Part shown: in pieces, positions 53,876 through 64,000 of the stretch
How positions within the stretch are numbered: the first letter of the stretch is position 1
How the letters are laid out: every line of letters starts with the position of its first letter
Source: Octopus sinensis
Lineage: Eukaryota
Length of the DNA stretch: 64,000 nt
Assembly (NCBI RefSeq): GCF_006345805.1
Contig: NC_042997.1
Span: 105,648,001-105,712,000, forward strand
Direction of reading: 5' to 3'
Notes under the pieces: generated by a model
Told to the model about the DNA's origin: nothing
Databases searched by the model: none
What the model saw: the letters and a program-made list of their open reading frames with translations, nothing else
Made by a program: the position numbers and the translations under genes

Positions 53876-54366
53876 ACTAACTTTAAAGTATAAATATAGA
53901 TTTTTTGAATCAGCAATGTTGTGTTCGGTTAAGTCCTATTTGGAGTGAAAAATCAATATACTCATTCCTTATAGGGTTTTCCATTCAATCAGGATCAAAA
54001 ATCAATAAACTGATTCCTTATAGGATTTCCCACTAAAATTGGCTACATCCCATTTTCAACGATAACTTTTACTAATTTTGACGTATTTTGTTCAAAATTG
54101 ATGCCGGCGTTACTTAGGACTCATGGGATCTTTGAATGCTTTATGTTCTCAAGAAAAAATCGATGAATGGAAAAATCGATAAAACGACTCCTTATGGGAT
54201 TTCCCAATCAAATTGTCTGCAACACATTTTCAGCCAAACATTTACCAATTTCAATGTATTTCGCTCAAGTTTGTCGTCCGCGCAACTTAGTTTGGTTTGA
54301 AACAAAGCGCTTGATTAGCTTAATAATCCTGACTTAATCCCGGGCAACGCCGGACTAAACTGCTAG
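53876..54366 (+). mobile_element. Non-autonomous Helitron
   Basis: Canonical 3' end: hairpin ccgg-gcaacg-ccgg (54340-54353), then CTAG (54363-54366) followed by T; three internal aatcRata..Y.aYtccttatRgg.tttYcc subrepeats; the 5' TC is not clear. Confidence 0.7.
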
Positions 54367-54389
54367 TATCATAATATACTATAGGATGA

Positions 54390-54690
54390 TAAGGCGGTGA
54401 GCTGTCAGAATAGTTAGCCGCCAAGCAAAACGCTTAGTAGCATTTAGTCCGTCTTCACGTTCTCAGTTCAAAAACCACCGAGGTCGACTTTGCTTTTCGT
54501 AATTTTGCCGAGCAATGGAGACGATGTAATCGCTTACCCCCTCCCCCGCAATTGCTGGCTTTCTGTCAAAAGTTGAAATCAATATATTGCAGGATTAAGG
54601 CGGAGAGCTGGTAGAATCTTTAGCACGCCGGAAAGATTATTGGTGACATTTCGTCTGTATTTACGCTCTGAGGTCAATTTCGCCTTTCAT
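54390..54690 (+). mobile_element. Two SINE family B copies
   Basis: Heads at ~54391 and ~54598. Confidence 0.8.
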
Positions 54691-55379
54691 TTTTAAAACC
54701 AAGATTCATCATTTAAAACCAACATATTACAGGATCATCAAGTCTTTAAAAAAAAAAAAAAAAAAAATAGTGAAGAAGCTAAATGTAGAACATTGATTTT
54801 GAGATAGATAGATGGATAGATAGACATATTAGGCACTTTACTGCTACATCACACATACACCACTATATCTGCTATTGACATAATAGAACTGTGTTTCCTG
54901 TAATTCAAACCTATACAATCAATCGTCATTCTCGAGTGAGATTTGTTTCGTAACATCTATTTTGCTTTAGAAGCCTACGTAGTCACCAGGACCCATTCGG
55001 TGGCCCTGCATATGAAAGAGAAGCACATCCAGGACTTGACAGATGTATTGAGGGAGAGAGAGCTGCGTTAGCTGTCGGTCGGTGCTTATTCTCAGTTGAG
55101 TAGACAGGATCAATGCAAAATGAAATGCTTTCCTCAAGGACATAATACACGTCCCGACCCAGAAATCGATCTTATGATCATGAATCAAACACTCGTATGT
55201 ACTAAGACACGTGCCATCACTGTACTCCAGTACTCTTCATTTATCTTGTTAATAGTTTATGGATTCCCCGCTAAATTATCATTGCTACCCTGTCGAACTG
55301 ACGCTTGAGAATAGATTTGAATATGACATGTCTTTTGCTTTAAATCTTTTTACTTGTCTACTTTAGAATTAATCTAATA

Positions 55380-55830
55380 TCGTGGTTCATTCCCAGAGTA
55401 ACACTGATCCTACAGAGCAATGTTAAATCATATATTTAGCCATGAACATCCCGTCAGTTATTAATTTATGTTTTATTTTGCTAAGTATATGAAGGCCTAT
55501 ATTTTAAAATGTGTCCTACAGTACAGTGAGGTATAAGGAAATTTAGGTGCTATTTCTAGCTGGCCGAAGCACTTCATTAAGGCGTTTTTGCTGAGTCAAG
55601 GACTAGTAAGATGATGTTGTTGATTGTGTTGTTTATTTTCAGCCCCAGATTGAACTTGTTTGAACATTTGTGGCCAAAGATGTTCCAGCCATTACTTTTC
55701 CAACTTATTTAAAAAAAAAAACATGGGCTACCTAGGACTATATCACCCAATGTCTTCTATCTTCTTTTTATGACGGTACAATGTAACTCGAGGAATATTT
55801 AAATGCTATCTTCTCATAGGTAGAACAATC
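55380..55830 (+). repeat. Two tandem copies of an unclassified dispersed repeat (family D); related copies near 5770-5925, 15090-15200, 22335-22480, 56910-57020
   Basis: Shared ccagcc/ccatg..catcccgtc and gag...ttggctgctatttctagc-like motifs; diverged. Confidence 0.4.
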
Positions 55831-58800
55831 GTAGGTAAAACACTCTTTTTGGTTCTAATTCTTATAAGGTTCTTCTCATATTTGGTAATTCAGATAAAAA
55901 TCTTCTGTGCAAAATATACATCATATAATCTCATCTCTTATACAGGAGACGTTTTTTCTTTAAATAAGAAACAAATATGATAATGATTTTTTGTAATTTT
56001 TTGTATCTATAAGAAACTAGTCGAAAAGAAGTGTGTTCAAGTTTTGCAATCAGATGAGAGTTTCTATGCACAATTCTATGGTTTTCTTTTATTCCGGGCC
56101 GTTATATATCTTCGTTAACGAGATATAGTACAACTGTTGGTGTTATATTGTCACTTTACACACACACACTTTATCATTCTCAGTTATTCACTTCCTTCAG
56201 CTGTTAGTTTTTGTGTCAGGCGGATCACACTGTCAATAACATCTAACGACATTTCATTGATAATTATCTTCAGTGAAAGAAAGAAGTAAAGAAAGAAAGA
56301 ACGTTTAATTTATACGATTCCAACTATTACGAAACCTACGACTGCGACGGAAGCGACAACTACAATGAAGACTTAAAATATTTCATTGTAGGTTTCTTCT
56401 TATCTCTATTAACCAGCAAACATCCGCCATGGTTACTGGCAATTTTCACCGACATTCATTATTAAACCATCGCAAGATAACGTCCGCGTAAATTACTGAA
56501 GCTGTTAATACTACACCTTCAAACGAAATGCTACAGTTGTAATTCGTACGACAACAAAAGCATACGACTAAGCTCTTGTATTTGTTCATTCACTCTTACT
56601 TTACTGCGGCCAAATCCTTTCTCAAAGAAAATTCTATCATCTTAAATATTGGAACTATATGTTTCATGTCCTAAATTCTATAATCAGCTTAGATCAGTGA
56701 GTTACTCTGTAGTTAATGCTGTTCTTGAGAAGCTTTCCTCTAAGACGTGGTAGAGTCCATTTTTTTCTCTGGAGATCATCATCACAATGTATTTATGGGA
56801 AAAGAATGAACACCACAATATTTTTATTATCCTTCCGCCATGTTCTTGGAATTTAGTAGATCGAAAAACATATCTAAACATTTGTTGTCACCGTTTTTCA
56901 GTAGTGCTAGAACCATGAACATACTATTTCTGCTTTATGACCCATTATTTTTTCCTTTTCAAGAGGGTAATGTGAGCTTATGAGAGATACTTGGCTGTTA
57001 TTTCTGACAGGTTGCATCACGATCAGTGTGTATGTGTGTGAGTGTGTATGAGTGTGCGTTTTCCCGTCAACTCAATGTAACCATTTCCTTTTGCAGTCAA
57101 CGCCTATATTAGCTGTTTTATTTTCTCTGCATAGACCCTCAACCATACAAAATTCCAATATTTTCTTGTTATCGGCCATTACGTTTCACAATTTCATGGA
57201 GATTTCGAATGTTCTCCATCTATAAGTTGTGCTTCTTCATTAGAGACTGCCACTCACCTCAATCCACTAGTAGATATTTTTCAATCAATCAATCTTCGAC
57301 GTGTTTGAATAACCAATCCTAACCAGTCATCATTCCCGACATGGATTATACTATTCATCCTTTCGATTGCTAAATACAAAATGTGAATCATGAGACATCT
57401 ATTTCAGTGATATCCCTGAGTCACTATCTCACCCTTGTATGCCAATCCGTCTCGAGGTTACGTATTTACAGCTGAATGGACGGGATCAACGTGAAATTAA
57501 GCGTTTTGCCCAAGAACACAACGCAGAGCCTGCCAGGGAGTCGAACCAACAATCTTACGATCGAACCAACGATATTACGATTTACACCCTAACCATTAGG
57601 TCATGCGATGTTCTTAATTGACAATCTTTATTCAAGGGGTTAAGACTATATTCTATGACATCGCGAAATTTCTTCTTCGGTTTAGATTGGGAATACTTAT
57701 TATAAGCTTGTTGCTCCACAAGCCTGAGAGAACTTCAAAATGAATAACACGACCAGCCTTTCGTTTGTGACATATGATAATGTGAGAGTTTATATCGAGA
57801 TAGTCCACTATTTCTAGCAACTGGAAATATTTTAGACCTGACATTGATATACTAAAATTGGACTCAGTACAGAAATAATTAACCACTTCCTGTATTGATT
57901 CATGCGCTCTACAATTTCCACCTTTCCATCTCACTTACGTATACACAGTCTCCCAACCAGATCTAAGGTGAAATTTGCGCTCTCACAAAAATTGCTGTGC
58001 ACCTGTTTGGTCATATTTCATTGCTGATGACGTTGCTTAAGGTATTGTTGATGCAGTTCTGTGAATGTTTTTTGGGGAATCCTGAATGATTTTGCAATCA
58101 ATTTGTAAATAGTAACTACAATCATCTTACTCTATTACACATATGGAATTCACTCTTCGCTGCAATGTGATAAAAATGAAATGTCGCGTTTACACGACAC
58201 CGAAACTGTATGGGATTTGAAAATACCCTAGTACATTACAGGAGGCAACAGAATGTCAAGAACTGAGCGCTTTGTATCGAAGACTGTAAAGAGACCGATA
58301 TAAACACTGAAAGAAATTTCGTCTGCCGATTCTTCCATACTTACACTTCTCCTTTTCCTCATCTGCCTCTCCTCCTACTAATGCACCACCACCACTACCA
58401 CCTATGCTGCTATTGCTGATTGAACAAAAGCAATGATTGAGATAGCAGCGGCAGCAACAACCGCAACAACGGAGTTGTTTCAAATTTTAACACAATATAA
58501 AGAATACCATGTAATACATGTCACTAAAAGGTGAATGCTTATAGGAAAGCTCAAGTGGATTATATGAAAGAAAAACATTAAGCTTTGCCTTATAAAACTT
58601 TCCACAATATTACATCATTGGCAGCTGGAAACAAAAATTACCAGTATTTCCTTGCCAAAGCATAGGGAACTTTACAGCAAATAAGGCATGCACTCGGATC
58701 AATTCCAAAATTATTTCTTACGTTGACATGAAGCTGCACATTATAAGAGGGATGAAAATTGATTAGCCTATTCAACTGGTGCTTATTTGATCGACCTCAT

Positions 58801-58863
58801 GAAGAAAGGAGAGATAAATACCATATTTACATTTGACGGATCTTTGTCCTCATCTTGTTTGTT

Positions 58864-58909
58864 AACACAACGTTTCGGCTGATATACTCTTCAGCCTTCG
58901 TCGGGAGTC
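58864..58909 (-). ncRNA. Minimal hammerhead motif (PLE type 1), U4C-mutated
   Basis: gactc-CCGACGA-A-GGCTG-aagagtatat-CAGCC-GAAAC-GTT-gtgtt. Confidence 0.7.
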
Positions 58910-58979
58910 TTGGGGAAATTTCGAAACTGGGTTCTCATCCCTAAGGTATTATTATCATTATTATTATCATTATGCTTAA

Positions 58980-59034
58980 AATCGAACTCGGAATCTTGGG
59001 GTTAGTAGCCTGTGCTCTTAACCACTACGCCATA
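58980..59034 (-). promoter_or_regulatory. tRNA-like Pol III internal promoter (A and B boxes) in the PLE 3' region
   Basis: A-box TGGCGTAGTGG (59032-59022), B-box GAGTTCGATT (58989-58980); aagattcc.agttcga resembles the tRNA-Arg variable/T arm. Confidence 0.75.
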
Positions 59035-60209
59035 TACTCGTGAGCAATTATGGACTGAATTTTAGGGCTTATAAATCTAATATGTTCCTATCCTTCCTTA
59101 ATACTGCTTCCCATATGCTACTCATAACTGCACTTGGTCTGCTTAGGAGGTTGTTGTGTCCTAGCATATGTGCTACTTCTTTTAGTTTTTGTATTTTCCA
59201 ATGGTGTTCTCTGTCTATTATTTTAACTCCATCCCACAAGGGGTGGTGGTCTCAGCTACACCCGACTTATCAATATCTTCTCATGTCACAGCTTTGCGAT
59301 GTTTGTCTACTTTTATTTTGAGGGGGCAGCATGTTTCGCCTTTGTATAACCTACCACAACTGCATGGGATGGAGTACATGCAATCTTTGGTCATATTTTC
59401 TTCTATTGGTAGGAGATATTTGCGAAGTGTTGTATTACACTTGAATACTGTCCTGATGGGCTGCATATCTTTTGTATCTTTTCGGAGAGGCCTTTCACAT
59501 ATGGTAGACAGACTGTGGACAGTTCATTGGTTTCATCCCCTCTTTTCTTCATAATTTGAGTGGATAGTATGTTTTTAGGATAGTTGTTGCTTAATAGATT
59601 GTTACTGTGCTTGATCATTTCTTCGTGGTGCGTGTCACGATCGCTACTTATATTCTTTGCACGATATTTTAGGTACTGAGCAATTCTCTTTACATTGTAT
59701 GGATGGGAATTGAAGTTGAGGTATCGTCCAGTGAAGGTCGGCTTCCGATATACAGATGTCCTGAATCCATACTTGGTGCGTGTTATTAATACGTCCAGAA
59801 ATGCCAGCTGATTGTCTTTTTCCTTTTCCATTATAAACTATATGGATGGCTTCATTGAGTTCACATGATCTAACAGCACTTAGACATCTTCCTGATGGGG
59901 CCAGAGTATAAATGTGTCATCAACATATCACTGCCATAGGGTTGGTTTTAGTGGTGTTGATCCTAAAGCCAAATTCTCAAAGTATTCCATGTATATATTG
60001 GCTATTACCAGTGATAATGGTGAGCCCATAGCTAAACCCTCCCTTTGTCGATATATATCAATGTTCATACTGAAGTAGGTAGTTTCTACACAGAAGGTCA
60101 ACATTTCCATCAAGTTTCTTATTGGTATACTAGTGTGTTCCTTTAGATGGGTGTCTGTTACTAATTTTTCGAGTAAAACTAGTGACAGACACCCATCTAA
60201 GAGGAGTTA

Positions 60210-60500
60210 TGTCGATGATATCAACCCCAGTACTCAACTGGTACTTATTTTATCGATTCCGAAACGAAGAAAAGTCGACCCCAGCAGAATTTGAACTCAG
60301 AACCTAAAGGCGGACGAAATGCCGCTAAGCATTTTACCCAGCACGGTAACGATTCTGCTAGCTCGCCGCCTTATAGTGATCGTAGTGTAACGTGTGATGA
60401 AGTATTTCGCTCGAGAACACGGCGCACCAACCGGTCGAGGAATTTGAAACCACGATCTCGCGATCATGAGTGCAACACCCTAAAGACTAAACCATACGTC
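60210..60500 (-). mobile_element. SINE family B copy (60210-60372) plus family E-related head (60385-60500)
   Basis: Family motifs. Confidence 0.75.
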
Positions 60501-61040
60501 CACACATAGCTAATACTAATAATATCTAAAATTACTAGTAATAAGTGACAATAACGATAACAAACAAAAACGTTGCAGATGCTGTTGATGGTAATGCGTT
60601 TTGTTAACAATACAATATGTTTTAATATAGCATTGCTAAGTAATTTCAATACTGAAGAGATTTATGAAGAATTATCACGGGAATAATACAATATAAAGTG
60701 AATAGAATAACAGAACGAGTCGAACGCATTCAAGTGAATAATGACAAAAATATTATGGCGGAAAAATATCTTCACAGCGGGAAGTTGAAAGGGAGGGGGT
60801 ATAATGGAAACCCTAAATAGGTGCATATGCACACCATCACAATTACATGTATATATATATATGTGTGTGTGTGTGTATACTTGCAGATATGTATACACGC
60901 ATATATATATAAGCATAGTACATATCATACATTCATAATATATATATACACCTTCATAGAGACATCAGTTTGACGTACGTGTAGGAGTGTCTCTATGGGT
61001 TTTTCATATTTAGTTTTCCTGTGAGCTTACGCACACATAC

Positions 61041-61082
<42 letters not shown>

Positions 61083-62144
61083 CGTGTATGCGCGTATTTC
61101 TGTATCTATACATATTCATACAAAGTAAAAACGAAAGAGATAACGGAGATCAAATACAAAAGAAAAAAATGTAAAATAACGTATATAAAATATATAAAAT
61201 AAACAAGTCTGGCCAAACAGTGTGGGAGGAGGAACTAGTGAAGGTGGTAGAAGATATGAAAAAAAAGAGGGGTGAACAAAAAACATGAGAGAGTCTTTTG
61301 AAAAAAGTCCGATTAAAGATTGTGAAGACATCTTTGTACCGTTTGTGAATTCCCAGCAGCCAGTAGTAACGCGCCAAACACTCCTCTGGCACAATATTGC
61401 ACAGATGTAGTGATGTGTTAGTTCACTTCTGTTTGCTAGTGTTTCATATAATTGTTGTTTTTTATTGTTGTTATTTCTAGTTTTGTATTGTATTATAACT
61501 TTCTTTATGTTATTAGTATGAAGGTAAGAAGAAAGGTATCAGCTGCAGAACCTGTACCATGCATGTTGGCAAAATAAACAAAAAAAATTCCAAAATATGA
61601 AAGCAGGAATATTAGAGTGAAGGAAATATAGATAAATATATAGATAAGTGAATATGTTTTTTGAGCCTAAGTATTTTTGTGCGTGTTGTGTGTGTTTGTT
61701 TTATGTGTGAGTAATGAATAGTGAACAGTTTTCCTTTCAAATACGTATTAAAGACAGGACTCTTCGAGTTTAATCTTTTTAATTATGGATATTTTTTATA
61801 TTTCCTTATTCGTCTCTCAGTTCTCTCCTTCTCTCTGTCACATGGCAATAGTGTTCATGAGTCTATTGATTTTGAAGACGTTCTCCGTCTTTTTTTAACG
61901 AAAGCTGTATTACTCGGACGCTTAGCAGGACACACGGAAATTCTAAGAGCGTAAGTCAGAATTTTACAAAAGTATTATGTTAGTATATTAAACACAAGCA
62001 AGGAATTGCAATTAAGATCTGTTGTCGTTAGTGATGTACTTGAGTTCATTTTCGTGCCTCAAAATGTAATATAACCCTATGCTTTTTGTTAAATCCTCCG
62101 ATTTACACCAAAAACATATGGTAGCAGAGATCCCTTTTACAATA

Positions 62145-62335
62145 GACGCAAGGCCTGAAATTTTGGGGACAGGGGGATAGTCGATTACATCGCCCCCAGT
62201 GCTCAACTGGTTGTTATATTATCGAACTAGAAATGATGAAGGGCAAAAATCGACCACAACAGAATTTGAATCAAACGCAAAACACGGGCGAAATGTCACT
62301 AAGCACTTTGACATGTTAATGATTCTGGCTGCTCA
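62145..62335 (-). mobile_element. SINE family B copy
   Basis: gcaaggcctgaaattttgggg...gtcgattacatcg... Confidence 0.75.
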
Positions 62336-63405
62336 ATAACTAATATTGCTGAACGAAATAAGCAGGAAATTGACAGTCATAGACAAATTGGATGCTAAAT
62401 TTGAAGACTAACACAAGCAACAGTGACAGGCACCATCAGTGAAATTTTTGCTAAAGTTGAAATCGTAAGGCAAGCAACTTCAGCCAAATTTACATTTCCT
62501 TTAAGCAACAATACGAAAAAGAAAGAAAAAATGACAACAAAGTAGCTGTCCAGTGTCTCTGGGGATGCTATTTTGATTAACATATAAACTTTAAAAACAC
62601 GAGATTGTGGAGAAATATATTTCTGTTTTTTAGTATAGCAATTTCAAGTGTTTGAAGAACTGGAATGACGATGTCGAAGATTACAGAAAAAGAAAAAAAG
62701 AAGAAAGAAAAATATTTACGGTTTAATGAAAAACATAACTTTGAATAAGTCATATTCCAAAGTTGGAAAAAAAGACATTTGTTTTTATCTGTTGCATTAT
62801 GTTTCGCGAAGGGGATACTTTTATAATTAAAACTGAAAATTAAAGGTAATCTTGATCTCTGACTTAACGTAGAGGTTGCTTTAGAACACAGATTATTGCG
62901 TTAATTACCTTCAGAGAATCTCTCATAAGGACCCATGGAGCACAAGAGCACTAGAAATTGTAATTATTATTAGTACCGAATATTTTTCAGAAAGCATTCG
63001 TTTGTCACTTTTGTTTTCGTTTTTATTCACCCGCACATTTATTTTCAAGAGGTTTTAGATTTGGGGGAGGCTCTCTTCACGCAAGGTTGCTGGGAAGGGA
63101 AGCCTTTCGGTATAGCGGATGCATTACTCATGAAAGGGTGCCTTTGGTGCTAAATTTTAAATCATGATATCAAATTAACTAACCATCTTTCTTACATCCT
63201 TGACACAGGTAAGACGCTATTCTCATTCACTATATTTTTTCCTATCATGCCTTGATTAATTTGGTGATTATTCTGTGACCTAGAAGTATTTTGAATTCTT
63301 ATGTAGTACCCTAGTACATATAAATATATTTATATATCTTCTATAGTTTTTGTTTTGCCTAAACGGCTACTAAAGTTAGTATCTTTAGTAATAATATCGT
63401 ACTTT

Positions 63406-63481
<76 letters not shown>

Positions 63482-63496
63482 CCACACAAAAAAAAC

Positions 63497-63605
63497 AAAA
63501 GACGAAGACAGGTGGTATAGACAACAAACAGATGTATTAGTTTAAATCTCGGGAAGTGAAAAAGTCTTTAACGTTTCGAGCCTACGCTCTTCCACAGAAA
63601 GGAAC
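63497..63605 (-). mobile_element. PLE terminal repeat fragment (type 4) with hammerhead-like motif at 63566-63601
   Basis: cttt-CTGTGGA-A-GAGC-gtag-GCTC-GAAAC-GTT-aaag (A6U-type core). Confidence 0.65.
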
Positions 63606-63606
63606 G

Positions 63607-64000
63607 TACGACGGGCGTTCAATAAATAATGCCCCTGACCCACTTGCAGTTGTTTGATCTAGCTGAAATTTTGCATGTGCACCTATTTATACCTCTATAG
63701 ATTAAGTGGTGAATTACAGCTCTGAACTAATTGTGGTTTCTGATTTACAGGTGTTTGAACTGAGTCAAGTGTGAAATGGAGCCTGTTGAGTGTCGAGCAG
63801 TGATCTGGTTTTTGTATTTGAAAGGACGCACACCACGGGAGACTTTTGATGAAATGAAAGTAACTTATGGTGATGATGCCCCATCATATGACCTTGTAAA
63901 ACGCTGGCATTGTGAATTCAAACATAGTCGGAACTCTGTGGAAACAGCTCCCAGATCTGGTCGTCCCCTTCTGCCGTTGATGAGACGTCTGTCCGTCAAG
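63607..64000 (+). mobile_element. Mariner (Tc1/mariner) transposon 5' end, running off the window
   Basis: TA target plus TIR-like cgacgggcgttcaataaataatg; ATG at 63776 gives MEPVECRAVIWFLYLKGRTPRETFDEMKVTYGDDAPSYDLVKRWHCEFKHSRNSVETAPRSGRP (mariner HTH region with the RSGRP motif); apparent 1-nt frameshift after GRP. Confidence 0.9.

Larger units (their letters stand above)
58825..60200 (-). mobile_element. Penelope-like element (Poseidon-like), 5'-truncated: RT C-half + GIY-YIG + tRNA-like module + hammerhead terminal repeat
   Basis: GLAMGSPLSLVIANIYME, YVDDTF, MEKEKDNQLAFLDVL, VYRKPTFTGRYLNFNSHP, CMYSIPCSCGRLYKGET (GIY-YIG); stops and frameshifts. Confidence 0.92.

Noticed and set aside
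56300-56465. YDSNYYETYDCDGSDNYNEDLKYFIVGFFLSLL (GPCR N-terminus-like)
   Set aside because: No start codon or acceptor, an early stop, and decayed ACG/ACT trinucleotide character.
57600-58090. Minus-strand donor gtaagtgag and open frames (LVEQQAYNKYSQSKPKKKFRDVIEY)
   Set aside because: Phases are incompatible, donor or acceptor partners are missing, and no family is recognised.
61821-61950. AG...GTAAGT-bounded open frame (SIDFEDVLRLF...)
   Set aside because: Plausible but unsupported; no recognisable homology.

Overview
AT-rich, intron-scale eukaryotic DNA dominated by microsatellites and retroelements. The SINE families and repeat landscape look like an Octopus (coleoid cephalopod) genome; this is pattern recognition, not verified. 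No host protein-coding exon could be identified with confidence, and nearly all ORFs in the supplied track are microsatellite or low-complexity artefacts. Recognisable content: (i) Penelope-like elements (PLEs): two decayed RT+GIY-YIG bodies, an RT fragment, and terminal repeats carrying five minimal hammerhead-ribozyme motifs of four sequence types, all on the minus strand; (ii) a same-orientation stack of four R4/Dong-type RLE retrotransposons inside (ATT)n tracts; (iii) CR1-like, Tx1/L1-like and probable RTE LINE remnants; (iv) four tRNA-derived SINE families, one forming tandem arrays; (v) a non-autonomous Helitron, a mariner 5' end, a tRNA-Glu pseudogene and a degenerate interstitial (TTAGGG)n array. 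Most notable: a tRNA-like Pol III promoter ~170 nt upstream of a hammerhead in a PLE 3' region, repeated fold-back inversions at PLE ends, and a SINE/LINE 3' tail pair sharing a hairpin with compensatory changes.
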